A DNA stretch of 64,000 nt from Fidelibacterota bacterium (GTDB lineage Bacteria > Fidelibacterota > Marinisomatia > Marinisomatales > JAHJCW01): positions 13,626 through 77,625 of the forward strand of contig JBHPLN010000001.1 of assembly GCA_042564205.1 (NCBI GenBank). Reading direction: 5' to 3'. The notes below the pieces were generated by a model. The model ran no database searches and had not been told where the DNA came from. It saw nothing but the letters and a program-made list of their open reading frames with translations. Numbering within the stretch: position 1 is the first letter of the stretch; the number at the start of each line of letters is the position of its first letter. Shown here piece by piece: positions 53,723-62,932 of the stretch. The position numbers and the translations under genes are program-made.

Positions 53723-54433
53723 ATGTGTGGTCGAAAAACATTGACGCGTGATATGCAGTCCATAATCAAAGAACTGGCAATCGAAGAATGGGAAGATCCC
53801 GATAATTATCTGCCCAGTTATAATATTGCTCCAACACAAACTTCACCAGTTCTTGTTCATGCTAAAAAACGCAAAGTTAGCCTTATGCGATGGGGACTGA
53901 TTCCCTTCTGGGCTAAGGACAAATCCATAGGTTCAAAACTGATAAATGCCCGTGCTGAAACGGTCAACCAAAAGCCGTCCTACCAAAACCTTGTGCCACG
54001 GAGACGATGCCTGGTGATAGCTGATGGCTACTATGAATGGAAACAGGAAGGTAGCACAAAACAGCCTTACTACATTCAAGATCCTGAGGGAAAATTATTG
54101 TTATTTGCCGGTCTATGGAATGCATGGCAAGATCCCAATGGTGATACAATACATTCCTATACAATTATCACTACCAAAGCCTCAAAATCGATTTCCAATT
54201 TGCACCATCGTATGCCGGTCATGATTGCCCACAATGACATTAATATTTGGATTCAAACGGAAATATATTCACCTTTTGAGTCCTTAAAATTGATTAATTC
54301 TGATACAGTACAATTGGAGGCTTATCCGGTATCAACTGCGGTTAACTATCCAAAAAATAATTCTCCAGAATTAATACAACCGCTGGAAAATGAAGAGCCT
54401 AGCCAATCTGATCAAGCCTTAGAAAATCAGTAA
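53723..54433 (+). CDS. yedK: SOS response-associated peptidase (SRAP/YedK family, abasic-site sensor)
   Basis: Begins MCGR (catalytic Cys2). Also YNIAPTQ, W.L.P.W and NARAE motifs. Starts 2 nt after dnaE2. Confidence 0.85.
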   Translation: MCGRKTLTRDMQSIIKELAIEEWEDPDNYLPSYNIAPTQTSPVLVHAKKRKVSLMRWGLIPFWAKDKSIGSKLINARAETVNQKPSYQNLVPRRRCLVIADGYYEWKQEGSTKQPYYIQDPEGKLLLFAGLWNAWQDPNGDTIHSYTIITTKASKSISNLHHRMPVMIAHNDINIWIQTEIYSPFESLKLINSDTVQLEAYPVSTAVNYPKNNSPELIQPLENEEPSQSDQALENQ

Positions 54434-54641
54434 AATATGGTGATCGATCAAAATACAATTTCTTGTGGTAAATCTGGAATTATATCTTGTACATAAGGAT
54501 GCATTTTGCGAACTTTAATTAACCATTCCAGGGGAAATTAGAGGTTATCATTATCAAGAATTTAAACTTAATAGATTCCCTTACATGGGGGTTCGCCCTC
54601 CATGACATCAAACTAATACAAATTAACCCAAGGAGTTACTC

Positions 54642-57473
54642 ATGAACCGTATTGCTATTTTATTTATGGTCCTGATACTACCATTTGCTCTATTTGCACA
54701 GGGAACTGTAACCGGAACTGTGACCGATGCGTCCACCGGAGATGGTTTAGCTGGTGCAAATGTAGTGGTAGGCGGGACCTCTCTAGGAGCTGCGGCTGAC
54801 GAGGACGGGTATTTTGTGATTGAAAATATTCCCGATGGCACATATACCTTGACTGCCTCGGTAATTGGTTATCATACCCAAGATATGACAATCACGGTAC
54901 CTGGTACCAATATGGTAGATTATGCCTTAGAAGCTACTGCCCTTGAATTGAGTGCGCTGGAGGTGTTTGCATCACGTGCGACACGCAATACTCCCGTTGC
55001 CTATAGTAATATTGAAAAAGAAGCACTCGAGTTTCGTTTAGGATCACAAGACATTCCGTTGATTCTAAATATGACACCGAGTGTTTATGCCACTATGCAG
55101 GGTGGTGGCGCTGGTGATGCCCGCGTAAATGTGCGCGGATTTAACCAACGCAATGTAGCCATTATGATTAACGGTGTTCCTCAAAATGATATGGAAAATG
55201 GTTGGGTCTACTGGTCCAACTGGGACGGAGTTGGCGATGCAACATCATCCATTCAGATGCAGCGTGGTTTAAGTGCTGTTAACCTGGCTACTCCATCGAT
55301 TGGTGGAACAATGAATATTATCACCGATCCTGCAGCACTTTCATTCGGTGGAAAATTCAGACAGGAATATGGCTCAGGCACACTACTAAAAACCACTGCC
55401 AATTTTAACACTGGTCTGATTGATGATAAATATGCTGTCAGTGCCACAATTGTGAGAAAAATCGGCGATGGCTTTATCGATAAGGCCTGGACCGACGCCT
55501 GGGCATATTACTTAGGCGCCAGTTATGCTGTGAATGATGCACATCGTTTAGAGTTCTTTGCTATAGGTGCCCCACAGCGCCATGGCCAGATGCGTTTTAA
55601 ACAAAATATCGGTGCATATGACACCGACTATGCCCTTGAATTTGATGATTATGATCCCGCTGGTGTAGAAACATATACCGAAGCCAGTAAGGATCGCTAT
55701 GACGGTTATACAGATGGTGTCAAGGCTGGTCGATATTATAATGAGAACTGGAATGTTGTCGACAAAAGCTATAAAGGCAAACAGTTCTATTATATGTACG
55801 GCGAAAAGAAAGTTGACCGCCATGATCCAGAATATCTGAATGAGAGTGAAAACTATTTCCATAAACCGTTGATTAGCCTGAACCATTACTGGACCATCAA
55901 TGACATGTTCCGTCTTTCGTCTACCTTCTATTTCTCTGGTGGATCGGGCGGCGGAACCGGATATTTTGATGATTTGCTCTGGGATTATAATGGTCCTTCC
56001 CGAATTGGCGACTGGAACGGAACCATCGCAATGAACCGCAGTGCAACTGACCGCAAGGGCGGTGATAAAGCAGCTGGTCAGTCTGTTGGTTTCCTCCGTA
56101 ATAGCGTAAACCGGCAATGGACAGTAGGAGCAATTTCAAAACTGAATTACAAAGTTAACGAAGACTTGAAACTGCAGTTTGGTATCGACTGGCGTACAGC
56201 TGAAATCGAGCATTTCCGCGAAGTGCGTGACCTGCTTGGCGGAACCTATGCTGTCAACGGTAACTATGATGCCTACGCCCACAGTTACAGTTCTTTCTAC
56301 AATGAATTTGCCGATAACGAAACTGCTGCTCGCGTTGGCTTAGGTGACTTAATAAACTATAATAATACAAATACCGTTGACTGGTTCGGCTTTTTCGCTC
56401 AGGGTGAATACAATTTCGATCAGTTCTCACTCTATGGTATGGCTGGCTACTCAATGATAACCTACAGTTTGGTTGATCATTTCAAAAAAGCTTCTAATCA
56501 TGCTGCATCATACATTGAAGCTACCAGCAAAGGCGAAGTAGAGATCAATTCCGATTGGATTGGCGCTCCGCAAGTCAAGGGTGGTGGAATGTTCCACGTG
56601 AACGATGAAGTTGATGTTTTTGCAAATTTTGGTCTTGTCGAGAAACCGCCGATCCTAGATAATGTAATTGATGATATTGAGATCTCACTGGCCGAAGATC
56701 CGAAAAATGAACGGTTCATCAGCATAGAAGCTGGTGCGAATTTACGTTTTCTGGGTGGCAAATTGACCACTAAGCTCAACGTCTACAGCACAGCCTGGAG
56801 AGATCGAACGCTCACTAGACTGGTACAGCAAGGTGCTGGATCAAGTGGCGACACCGATGTAATCTTCCTGACCGGCATGGATCAGAATCATATGGGTGTA
56901 GAAGCTGAAATTGCCTATCAACCAATACCGATGTTCCGCTTGGATGCTGCCCTTTCTTATGGAATGTGGGAATATGTAGATGATGCTACTGGCACATATA
57001 AAGAGATTGCAGCCCAAACATCAACAGAATATCTGTACTCTATTAAGGATTTAAAAGTTGGTGATATGCCACAGACGATTGTCGCTCTTGGCGGAACCGT
57101 GTATCCAGTAGAGGGTTTGTCATTGCAGGCGATCTTCAATTACTATGATCGTCACTGGGCTGATTGGGATCCACTGAGTCGTGAAGTCAGTGAAGGTGAA
57201 TCTCCCGATCGTGAACAAAGCTGGGAGATACCAAGCGCCTATAAGATCGATTTCCATGGATTCTATACGCTGCCTGTTGATCTTGGTAATGTAACAATTC
57301 AAGCATTTGCACATGTCTTCAACGTTCTTGATGAACTCTATATTCAGGATGCCACTGATAACAGCTCATATAATGGCTTTGATGATGATGGTATAACACA
57401 CGAATCAAGTGATGCTGAAGTCTATGTATCTGCACCAAGATCATTCAATGTTGGTGTAAACGTTATATTCTAA
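54642..57473 (+). CDS. TonB-dependent outer-membrane receptor with CarboxypepD_reg-like N-terminal domain
   Basis: Signal peptide, GTVTGTVTDASTGDGLAGANVVV...GYF.IENIPDGTYTL.ASVIGY, plug region, and a beta-barrel ending in an aromatic residue (..VNVIF). RBS AAGGAG. Confidence 0.9.
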   Translation: MNRIAILFMVLILPFALFAQGTVTGTVTDASTGDGLAGANVVVGGTSLGAAADEDGYFVIENIPDGTYTLTASVIGYHTQDMTITVPGTNMVDYALEATALELSALEVFASRATRNTPVAYSNIEKEALEFRLGSQDIPLILNMTPSVYATMQGGGAGDARVNVRGFNQRNVAIMINGVPQNDMENGWVYWSNWDGVGDATSSIQMQRGLSAVNLATPSIGGTMNIITDPAALSFGGKFRQEYGSGTLLKTTANFNTGLIDDKYAVSATIVRKIGDGFIDKAWTDAWAYYLGASYAVNDAHRLEFFAIGAPQRHGQMRFKQNIGAYDTDYALEFDDYDPAGVETYTEASKDRYDGYTDGVKAGRYYNENWNVVDKSYKGKQFYYMYGEKKVDRHDPEYLNESENYFHKPLISLNHYWTINDMFRLSSTFYFSGGSGGGTGYFDDLLWDYNGPSRIGDWNGTIAMNRSATDRKGGDKAAGQSVGFLRNSVNRQWTVGAISKLNYKVNEDLKLQFGIDWRTAEIEHFREVRDLLGGTYAVNGNYDAYAHSYSSFYNEFADNETAARVGLGDLINYNNTNTVDWFGFFAQGEYNFDQFSLYGMAGYSMITYSLVDHFKKASNHAASYIEATSKGEVEINSDWIGAPQVKGGGMFHVNDEVDVFANFGLVEKPPILDNVIDDIEISLAEDPKNERFISIEAGANLRFLGGKLTTKLNVYSTAWRDRTLTRLVQQGAGSSGDTDVIFLTGMDQNHMGVEAEIAYQPIPMFRLDAALSYGMWEYVDDATGTYKEIAAQTSTEYLYSIKDLKVGDMPQTIVALGGTVYPVEGLSLQAIFNYYDRHWADWDPLSREVSEGESPDREQSWEIPSAYKIDFHGFYTLPVDLGNVTIQAFAHVFNVLDELYIQDATDNSSYNGFDDDGITHESSDAEVYVSAPRSFNVGVNVIF

Positions 57474-57492
57474 TCTCTAACTGAAATGGTAC

Positions 57493-57527
57493 AAAAAAGC
57501 CCCGATTTTTTCGGGGCTTTTTTTATT
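57493..57527. terminator. Bidirectional rho-independent terminator between convergent TBDR and dnaG
   Basis: AAAAAGCCCCGA-ttttt-TCGGGGCTTTTT with an A-tract and a T-tract. Confidence 0.85.
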
Positions 57528-57544
57528 AATATATGCCTTACTTG

Positions 57545-59299
57545 TTAAATCCCGGCCAATTCTTTTTGCAAGGCACTTAGCTCCAATACCGTATCGGCTG
57601 GATCTTCACCTTTGCGCTCCAGCTCTCTTATAGTTAATCGCAAATCATTAATCCGTTTTTTCAGAGGTGCTAATCTTAACACCTTAATATAATCCGCCAT
57701 TTCTTTTTCACGATCAACTTCAGAGGATTCTTCCATTAATATTTTTGCGACCAATTCTTGCTCACTCTTTTTTTCAAATTTATCAATTACAGCCGCATAA
57801 TCAATTTCATCATATATCGGGAATAATATTTCGGTTAATCTTTTCAGAAATGGGTCGGTAAAATTATCAATTGCCACCAAATCCCTTATTGATTGTTGTT
57901 CGGGTCGATCTCCATTAATAAATATTCTTATTAATCCCAATTGTGCTTTTTGAACAAGGGAAGTAAACTGATTTTCTGACTCCGATGCGTCGGGGGCAAA
58001 TGCGGTCTGGGTGGTACTTCTTCTGAAACTTTGTTCTTCCAAATTTTTATATAATTCTTCTTCCCGCACTTGAAGTTTCTCTGACAATGTTCTGATAAGT
58101 TTACTGCGAATAATTCCGTCATCTATTTCGGAAATATTCTGCAAGACTTCCCTTGTAAATTGCGATTGTTCAATTCCTGATAATTCATTCACATTAGTAA
58201 CATTCAGTTGAAATTCAATCAGTGAGAGCGCAGATTTAACAGCTTTTTTAAATTCGTCTACGCCTTTCGATTGAATCCAATCATCAGGATCAATACCTTC
58301 AGGGACAGGAACAACCAACGGTTCCAAGCCGCTCTGCAATAATAAATATCCGGCTCTCAGGGTGGCTCTATTGCCGGCTGAATCCCCGTCATAGGCGAGA
58401 TACACGCGTTTAATGTAGCGGCGCATAAGATTTATGTGTTTAGTAGTAAGCGCCGTACCTGAAACTGCGACAATATTTTCAATGCCGGCCTGATATAACT
58501 GCAGAAAATCCATATAGCCCTCCACCAAGACCATATCATCCGTTTTCCGGATTGCTTCACTAGTAGCATGAAATCCATATAAAATATCGCTCTTGTGATA
58601 AAGGGGTGTATCTGGCGAATTTATATATTTTGCAGGTTCTTTTGGATCAATTGCCCGCCCCCCAAAAGCAATGACTTTTCCAGATTGATGAAAAACGGGA
58701 AACATAATTCTGTTCCTAAAGCGATCAAAAATCCCCTTATCGGTTTTGGTAAATAATCCTGATTTATCTAGACTCTCTTTATCAAATCCTTTTATTTTGG
58801 CGGCTTTATAAAGATCATCCCAATTATCAAATGCCAAGCCTAACTGAAATTTCTTAATTGTTTTTTCATCTAATCCGCGATCAATTAGATATGATAATGT
58901 TTGCTTTCCCTGATTAGAAAACAGGTGTGCGATATATTGCTTATTTGCAAAATCGTGCAGTGCATATAAATTTGTGAAGAATTCCTTGGAACCCGATTCA
59001 CCTAAACTTTTTACCTCAATGCCATACCGCTCACCCAACTGTTTCACTGCATCAATAAAACTGATTTTTTCATAATTCATTAAGAAGGTCATGGCATTTC
59101 CTCCAGCATCGCAGGAAAAACATTTGTAGATCTGCTTTGATGGAGAAACATACAGCGATGGGTGGGTATCATTATGAAACGGACACAGACCAACAAAATT
59201 CTGTCCGCGTTTTTTCAGATCAACATATTTACTTATAATATCAACCACATCAGCAGTATCACGAATTTGGTCAATAGTATCCTGGGGAATCCTAGCCAT
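57545..59299 (-). CDS. dnaG: DNA primase
   Basis: Zinc ribbon CPFHNDTHPSLYV....Y.CFSC, TOPRIM (EGYMD, YDGD.AG). Confidence 0.9.
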   Translation of the reverse strand: MARIPQDTIDQIRDTADVVDIISKYVDLKKRGQNFVGLCPFHNDTHPSLYVSPSKQIYKCFSCDAGGNAMTFLMNYEKISFIDAVKQLGERYGIEVKSLGESGSKEFFTNLYALHDFANKQYIAHLFSNQGKQTLSYLIDRGLDEKTIKKFQLGLAFDNWDDLYKAAKIKGFDKESLDKSGLFTKTDKGIFDRFRNRIMFPVFHQSGKVIAFGGRAIDPKEPAKYINSPDTPLYHKSDILYGFHATSEAIRKTDDMVLVEGYMDFLQLYQAGIENIVAVSGTALTTKHINLMRRYIKRVYLAYDGDSAGNRATLRAGYLLLQSGLEPLVVPVPEGIDPDDWIQSKGVDEFKKAVKSALSLIEFQLNVTNVNELSGIEQSQFTREVLQNISEIDDGIIRSKLIRTLSEKLQVREEELYKNLEEQSFRRSTTQTAFAPDASESENQFTSLVQKAQLGLIRIFINGDRPEQQSIRDLVAIDNFTDPFLKRLTEILFPIYDEIDYAAVIDKFEKKSEQELVAKILMEESSEVDREKEMADYIKVLRLAPLKKRINDLRLTIRELERKGEDPADTVLELSALQKELAGI

Positions 59300-59307
59300 T
59301 GTTTAAG

Positions 59308-59820
59308 CTAAGATTCATCTGAATTGTTATTCAGAATTCCTCTCAGAAATATTTCACCTTGCTGGATTGGGTCTTCCCAATTAAAAATGGCAACCGTTTT
59401 TTCTCTAGCAACAGTAAGTGTTAGGGCAACACCCGACTTACGCTTCAGCGTGTCTACCCAATTGTGTATCGGTAATAACTCAAATGCCCATAAAATTATC
59501 ATTACGATCACGGCCCCTTTCAATGCCCCGAATAGAAAACCAACAACCTGATTGAATGATTGTAGCCGATCAGAAAGCAAGAATCGTTCAATGAAACTAA
59601 TGACCAAGCGGGCAGAAACAATTACGCCCACAAAGACAATAATAAATCCAAAAATCAGCAGTGTAAAAGGATTGATTTTCAAAAAGGATTGAAGAACTTC
59701 TGCCACATCAACATAGTATCGCATTCCTGCAAGTCCAGCCGCAATCAGACTCAAGAGCCGACCCAGTTCATCTATCACTCCACGGCGATAGCCAATTATT
59801 CCAAAAAGTATTGTAACCAA
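59308..59820 (-). CDS. cvpA: CvpA-family membrane protein
   Basis: ..ILFGIIGYRRGVI..GAL.G motifs. The frame stays open 24 codons upstream of the TTG start (..NSTFLFDGLTFL) with no canonical start codon, so the true N-terminus is uncertain. Confidence 0.65.
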   Translation of the reverse strand: MVTILFGIIGYRRGVIDELGRLLSLIAAGLAGMRYYVDVAEVLQSFLKINPFTLLIFGFIIVFVGVIVSARLVISFIERFLLSDRLQSFNQVVGFLFGALKGAVIVMIILWAFELLPIHNWVDTLKRKSGVALTLTVAREKTVAIFNWEDPIQQGEIFLRGILNNNSDES

Positions 59821-59855
59821 AAAAGTTAGACCATCAAAAAGAAAAGTAGAATTGA

Positions 59856-60323
59856 CTAAGATAACAGCCCCCTTAATATTTGTTGTGCTAATTTACCATC
59901 AACGCGGCCACTTCCACGTTGCATTACGTTTTGCATCACTTTACCAATATCTGATAAGGATTCTGCACCTACTTCCTTAATTATGTCGTTTATCAGCAGC
60001 TTAACCTCGTTTTCACTCATCATGCTTGGTAAATACTTTTCCAATATTTTTAATTCAGCTTTTTCTTTCTCTACCAGATCATCACGCCCGCCGTCCTTAA
60101 ACATTGTTATTGATTCTTTATGCTGTTTAACAAGCATCTGAATCACCTTAAGCTCTTCACTTTCCTCTAGTTTTTCTTGTTTTTCAATCTGTCGATCTTT
60201 CAATTTACTAAGAGCGCTACGAAGCGTGACTACTTTTATTTGATTGCGATTTTTTAAAGCAATATGTATTTCTCTTTGTATCTTTTCTGATAACTGCATT
60301 ATAGTATTCTTAGGTTTGGTCAA
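59856..60323 (-). CDS. yqeY: GatB/YqeY domain protein
   Basis: 155 aa with L......A.K.R......LR...S..K...IE and E.EL.IL..YLP patterns. Confidence 0.8.
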   Translation of the reverse strand: MTKPKNTIMQLSEKIQREIHIALKNRNQIKVVTLRSALSKLKDRQIEKQEKLEESEELKVIQMLVKQHKESITMFKDGGRDDLVEKEKAELKILEKYLPSMMSENEVKLLINDIIKEVGAESLSDIGKVMQNVMQRGSGRVDGKLAQQILRGLLS

Positions 60324-61152
60324 TTCTTTTCATTGCCAGCAATAATCTATCCTGATCGGCTTCAAAGCCGATAAACCTACGTCCATTTTTCTTTGCTATT
60401 ACACCCGTCCCGCCGTTGCGCATGAATGGATCGACAACCCAGTTTAATTTAATACTGTTGGCCTCTAAAATACGCTGAATCACTTGATCCGGTTTATCCC
60501 CTTCCAACCGTTCTACCAAATTGTTTTGCAGGTTTAAAATATCTCCCCAAAAATTAGTTGGCAATCTATTCTCTTGTTCAACATCAGCGGTATCTTCGCC
60601 GGGTGCTTTCTGCCTGAACAAAAACTGATCAGTTTTAGTTGCGCACCAAATATCGGCCATGGCATTTCTCCAGGTCGCGCTTTTTTCATGCTTTCGATGG
60701 TCCGGGTTACGCCATGTAATGCGCGACTGAACAAAAAATACATCACTTATTAGCGCATGATACATTCCTGAAAACCGCCACCCACAGAACAGGTAAATTG
60801 CACCAGTGGCTTTTAAGACTCTAAATGATTCCTTTAACCAATGGCTGTTCCACTTGTATAATTCTTGGAGTGTAAATGATGCCCCCTTTTGTTGGACATC
60901 GCGCCAGGGATTTTCCGGTGGGTCTGCAATTATTAGATCAATTGAATCCGAAGGCAGTTTTTCAAGGCCTGCTAATCCATCCGCTAAAAATAATCCCTCC
61001 TGCATCGCATTTGATGTCATTCTAATATCATGGACCGTCTGAATTGCCGGTAAATAGCGATTCAGATCGGATACACTTAGACCCCAGATCGGTTCAAGGG
61101 GATTAGCAAATAGTGGTGTTTTAGTGGTTTCAGTCATGGTTGAATTTATCAA
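60310..61152 (-). CDS. DNA methyltransferase, beta-class N4/N6 family (motif IV before motif I), apparently orphan
   Basis: SIDLIIADPPENPW (motif IV with Glu in place of the usual aromatic residue), then C-terminal VVDPFMRNGGTGVIA (motif I FxGxG). No restriction endonuclease gene adjacent. Confidence 0.75.
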   Translation of the reverse strand: MINSTMTETTKTPLFANPLEPIWGLSVSDLNRYLPAIQTVHDIRMTSNAMQEGLFLADGLAGLEKLPSDSIDLIIADPPENPWRDVQQKGASFTLQELYKWNSHWLKESFRVLKATGAIYLFCGWRFSGMYHALISDVFFVQSRITWRNPDHRKHEKSATWRNAMADIWCATKTDQFLFRQKAPGEDTADVEQENRLPTNFWGDILNLQNNLVERLEGDKPDQVIQRILEANSIKLNWVVDPFMRNGGTGVIAKKNGRRFIGFEADQDRLLLAMKRIDQT

Positions 61153-61232
61153 TGCTAAGGAAGACAGGAAATTAAATCAATAATTATCATGTGGTTGACT
61201 TTTGCAGAAGTACGAAGGCAAATTCTTACGTT

Positions 61233-61649
61233 ATGAGCGAAAAGAAAAAGGTCCTAATTGTATGTACTGGTAATTCTTGCCGTTCACAAATGGGAGAAGG
61301 ATTGTTACGGCATATGGCTGGAGACCGATTCGAGGTATTTAGCGCAGGCAGTCACCCCAGCCGTGTTCATCCTCTATCTATTAAAATAATGGATGAAATC
61401 GGTATAGATATTTCCAGCCATACCTCTGACCCAATTGATATGTATCTGGATCATGGTATTGACTACGTGATAACTGTCTGTGACCATGCCAATCAGGTCT
61501 GCCCGACTTTTCCTGGTGAAGCAAAACATATTCACTGGAGTGTTTCTGATCCATTTCGAGGTTGGGGAGATGATGAACGCCTCCTGAAGAATTATCGTGA
61601 AACCCGCGATGATCTAAAACAGCGACTGGAGGAATTTATTAGACGTTGA
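61233..61649 (+). CDS. arsC: Arsenate reductase, thioredoxin-coupled LMW-PTP fold (or LMW phosphotyrosine phosphatase)
   Basis: VLIVCTGNSCRSQMGEG P-loop (CX5R) plus a downstream Cys pair in VITVCDHANQVCP, as in the pI258-type ArsC. ATG 61233 preferred over the track start 61191. Confidence 0.7.
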   Translation: MSEKKKVLIVCTGNSCRSQMGEGLLRHMAGDRFEVFSAGSHPSRVHPLSIKIMDEIGIDISSHTSDPIDMYLDHGIDYVITVCDHANQVCPTFPGEAKHIHWSVSDPFRGWGDDERLLKNYRETRDDLKQRLEEFIRR

Positions 61650-62715
61650 AGCGGATACCTAAAATATCCCCATCTTGGACGATGTAATCCTTACCCTCTA
61701 GTCTAAACTTACCATTTTTCTTAACAGTTGCTTCATCGCCGGCAATTATTAAATCGGAATAGGCAAAGCATTCGGCCCGAATAAACCCACGGGCCAGATC
61801 AGTATGAATTGCAGCCGAGGCGGTGATGGCGGTCGAATTACGAAGAATATTCCAGGCTCGGACTTCATCGGTGCCGACAGTAAAGAAGCTGATATAACCC
61901 AGAATTTCATAAGCATTACGTGATAATCGATTGCGAGCTGAGTCGGTGATTCCAATATCGACCATGAACAGTTCCATTTCGTCCGTGTTTTCAATTTGCA
62001 TTAGTTCCATTTCGAATTTGCCAGCGAATTCCACCAGCGGGTAGCGAGTCTCCAATTTTTGCACAAACGTCGAATTACGATTGAAGTTTTCCTCACCTGA
62101 ATTGAGAATGATTAATGTGGGTTTCAGAGTGAGGAATTGAAATCCACGAATTATTCGCAGCTCGATATCCGATAATTCAATTCTGCTGATTGGTTCATTT
62201 CGATCCAACTGCTGGTGAATTTTGCGCAACACCTGTGCTTCATTTTGTATCTCTGGCGACTTTTGGCCGCGTTTGTAACCCCATTCAATTCGCTCAAGGC
62301 GATTTTCAACAATCATTAAGTCTGATATCAGCAATTCACTGTAAATCTTATCGAGGTCTGATTCGGGATTTGGGTCGCCGGTAAGGTCATCGCTGAAATT
62401 TTTCAAAACCAAACCCAGTGCATCAAGGTTTTTCATCTGCCGGAGGGTGTTAGACGATTGTGTGCTGGAATCGCTGGTTGAATCCGACAATCCTGGGAAA
62501 TCCATTAATTCCAACGTAGAATAGGCAGTTTTCTGGGGGTGATATAAATTTACCAGCTCATCAACGCGGTCATCGGGTACATTGATAACCGCTTGATTGG
62601 GTTCAGCAGCAGAATCGGTAAAAGCACCCATGGGCAGTTGGGAACCGGTGAGAGCATTAAATATTGTGGTTTTACCAGAAAAGGAAAGACCAGTTAAACC
62701 AATTTTCATATACAT
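61639..62715 (-). CDS. ychF: Redox-regulated ATPase YchF (Obg-like GTPase family)
   Basis: G1 motif GLSFSGKTT and a C-terminal TGS-like end ..DGDILGIRFNV. ATG 62709 (MKIGL) is an alternative start. Confidence 0.8.
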   Translation of the reverse strand: MYMKIGLTGLSFSGKTTIFNALTGSQLPMGAFTDSAAEPNQAVINVPDDRVDELVNLYHPQKTAYSTLELMDFPGLSDSTSDSSTQSSNTLRQMKNLDALGLVLKNFSDDLTGDPNPESDLDKIYSELLISDLMIVENRLERIEWGYKRGQKSPEIQNEAQVLRKIHQQLDRNEPISRIELSDIELRIIRGFQFLTLKPTLIILNSGEENFNRNSTFVQKLETRYPLVEFAGKFEMELMQIENTDEMELFMVDIGITDSARNRLSRNAYEILGYISFFTVGTDEVRAWNILRNSTAITASAAIHTDLARGFIRAECFAYSDLIIAGDEATVKKNGKFRLEGKDYIVQDGDILGIRFNV

Positions 62716-62932
62716 ATCCAGAATTATTATGAAAAAAATGTGTTTAAAAACAGCGCGGAAATTACACTATTCAATTCACAACAATGGATAATAAAAAAAT
62801 AAAAATATTTTTAATATTTCTGATCCCGCACTTCTTGATACTGCCCATTCTAATTACCTAAATTAGTCCTCATATGATAATGGCAAGTAATTTACAATAC
62901 TGTCGATACAAAATTTTCAAACAGGAGTAATA

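Noticed and set aside
54434-54641. Cobalamin or other riboswitch upstream of the second TonB-dependent receptor
   Set aside because: No B12-box-like core was recognised. There is only a small hairpin (CATGGGGG-ttcg-CCCTCCATG, about 54586-54612), which is insufficient evidence.
55548-56117. 189-aa minus-strand ORF inside the TBDR gene. Similar long antisense ORFs: 51223-51837(-) in dnaE2, 17140-17652(-) in dctM, 8418-8876(+) and 7128-7556(+) in the inositol operon, 27511-27927(+), 3763-4131(+), 34258-34617(+).
   Set aside because: All are fully nested antisense to genes with strong family motifs. They have biased, low-complexity translations and no RBS, and are treated as shadow ORFs.
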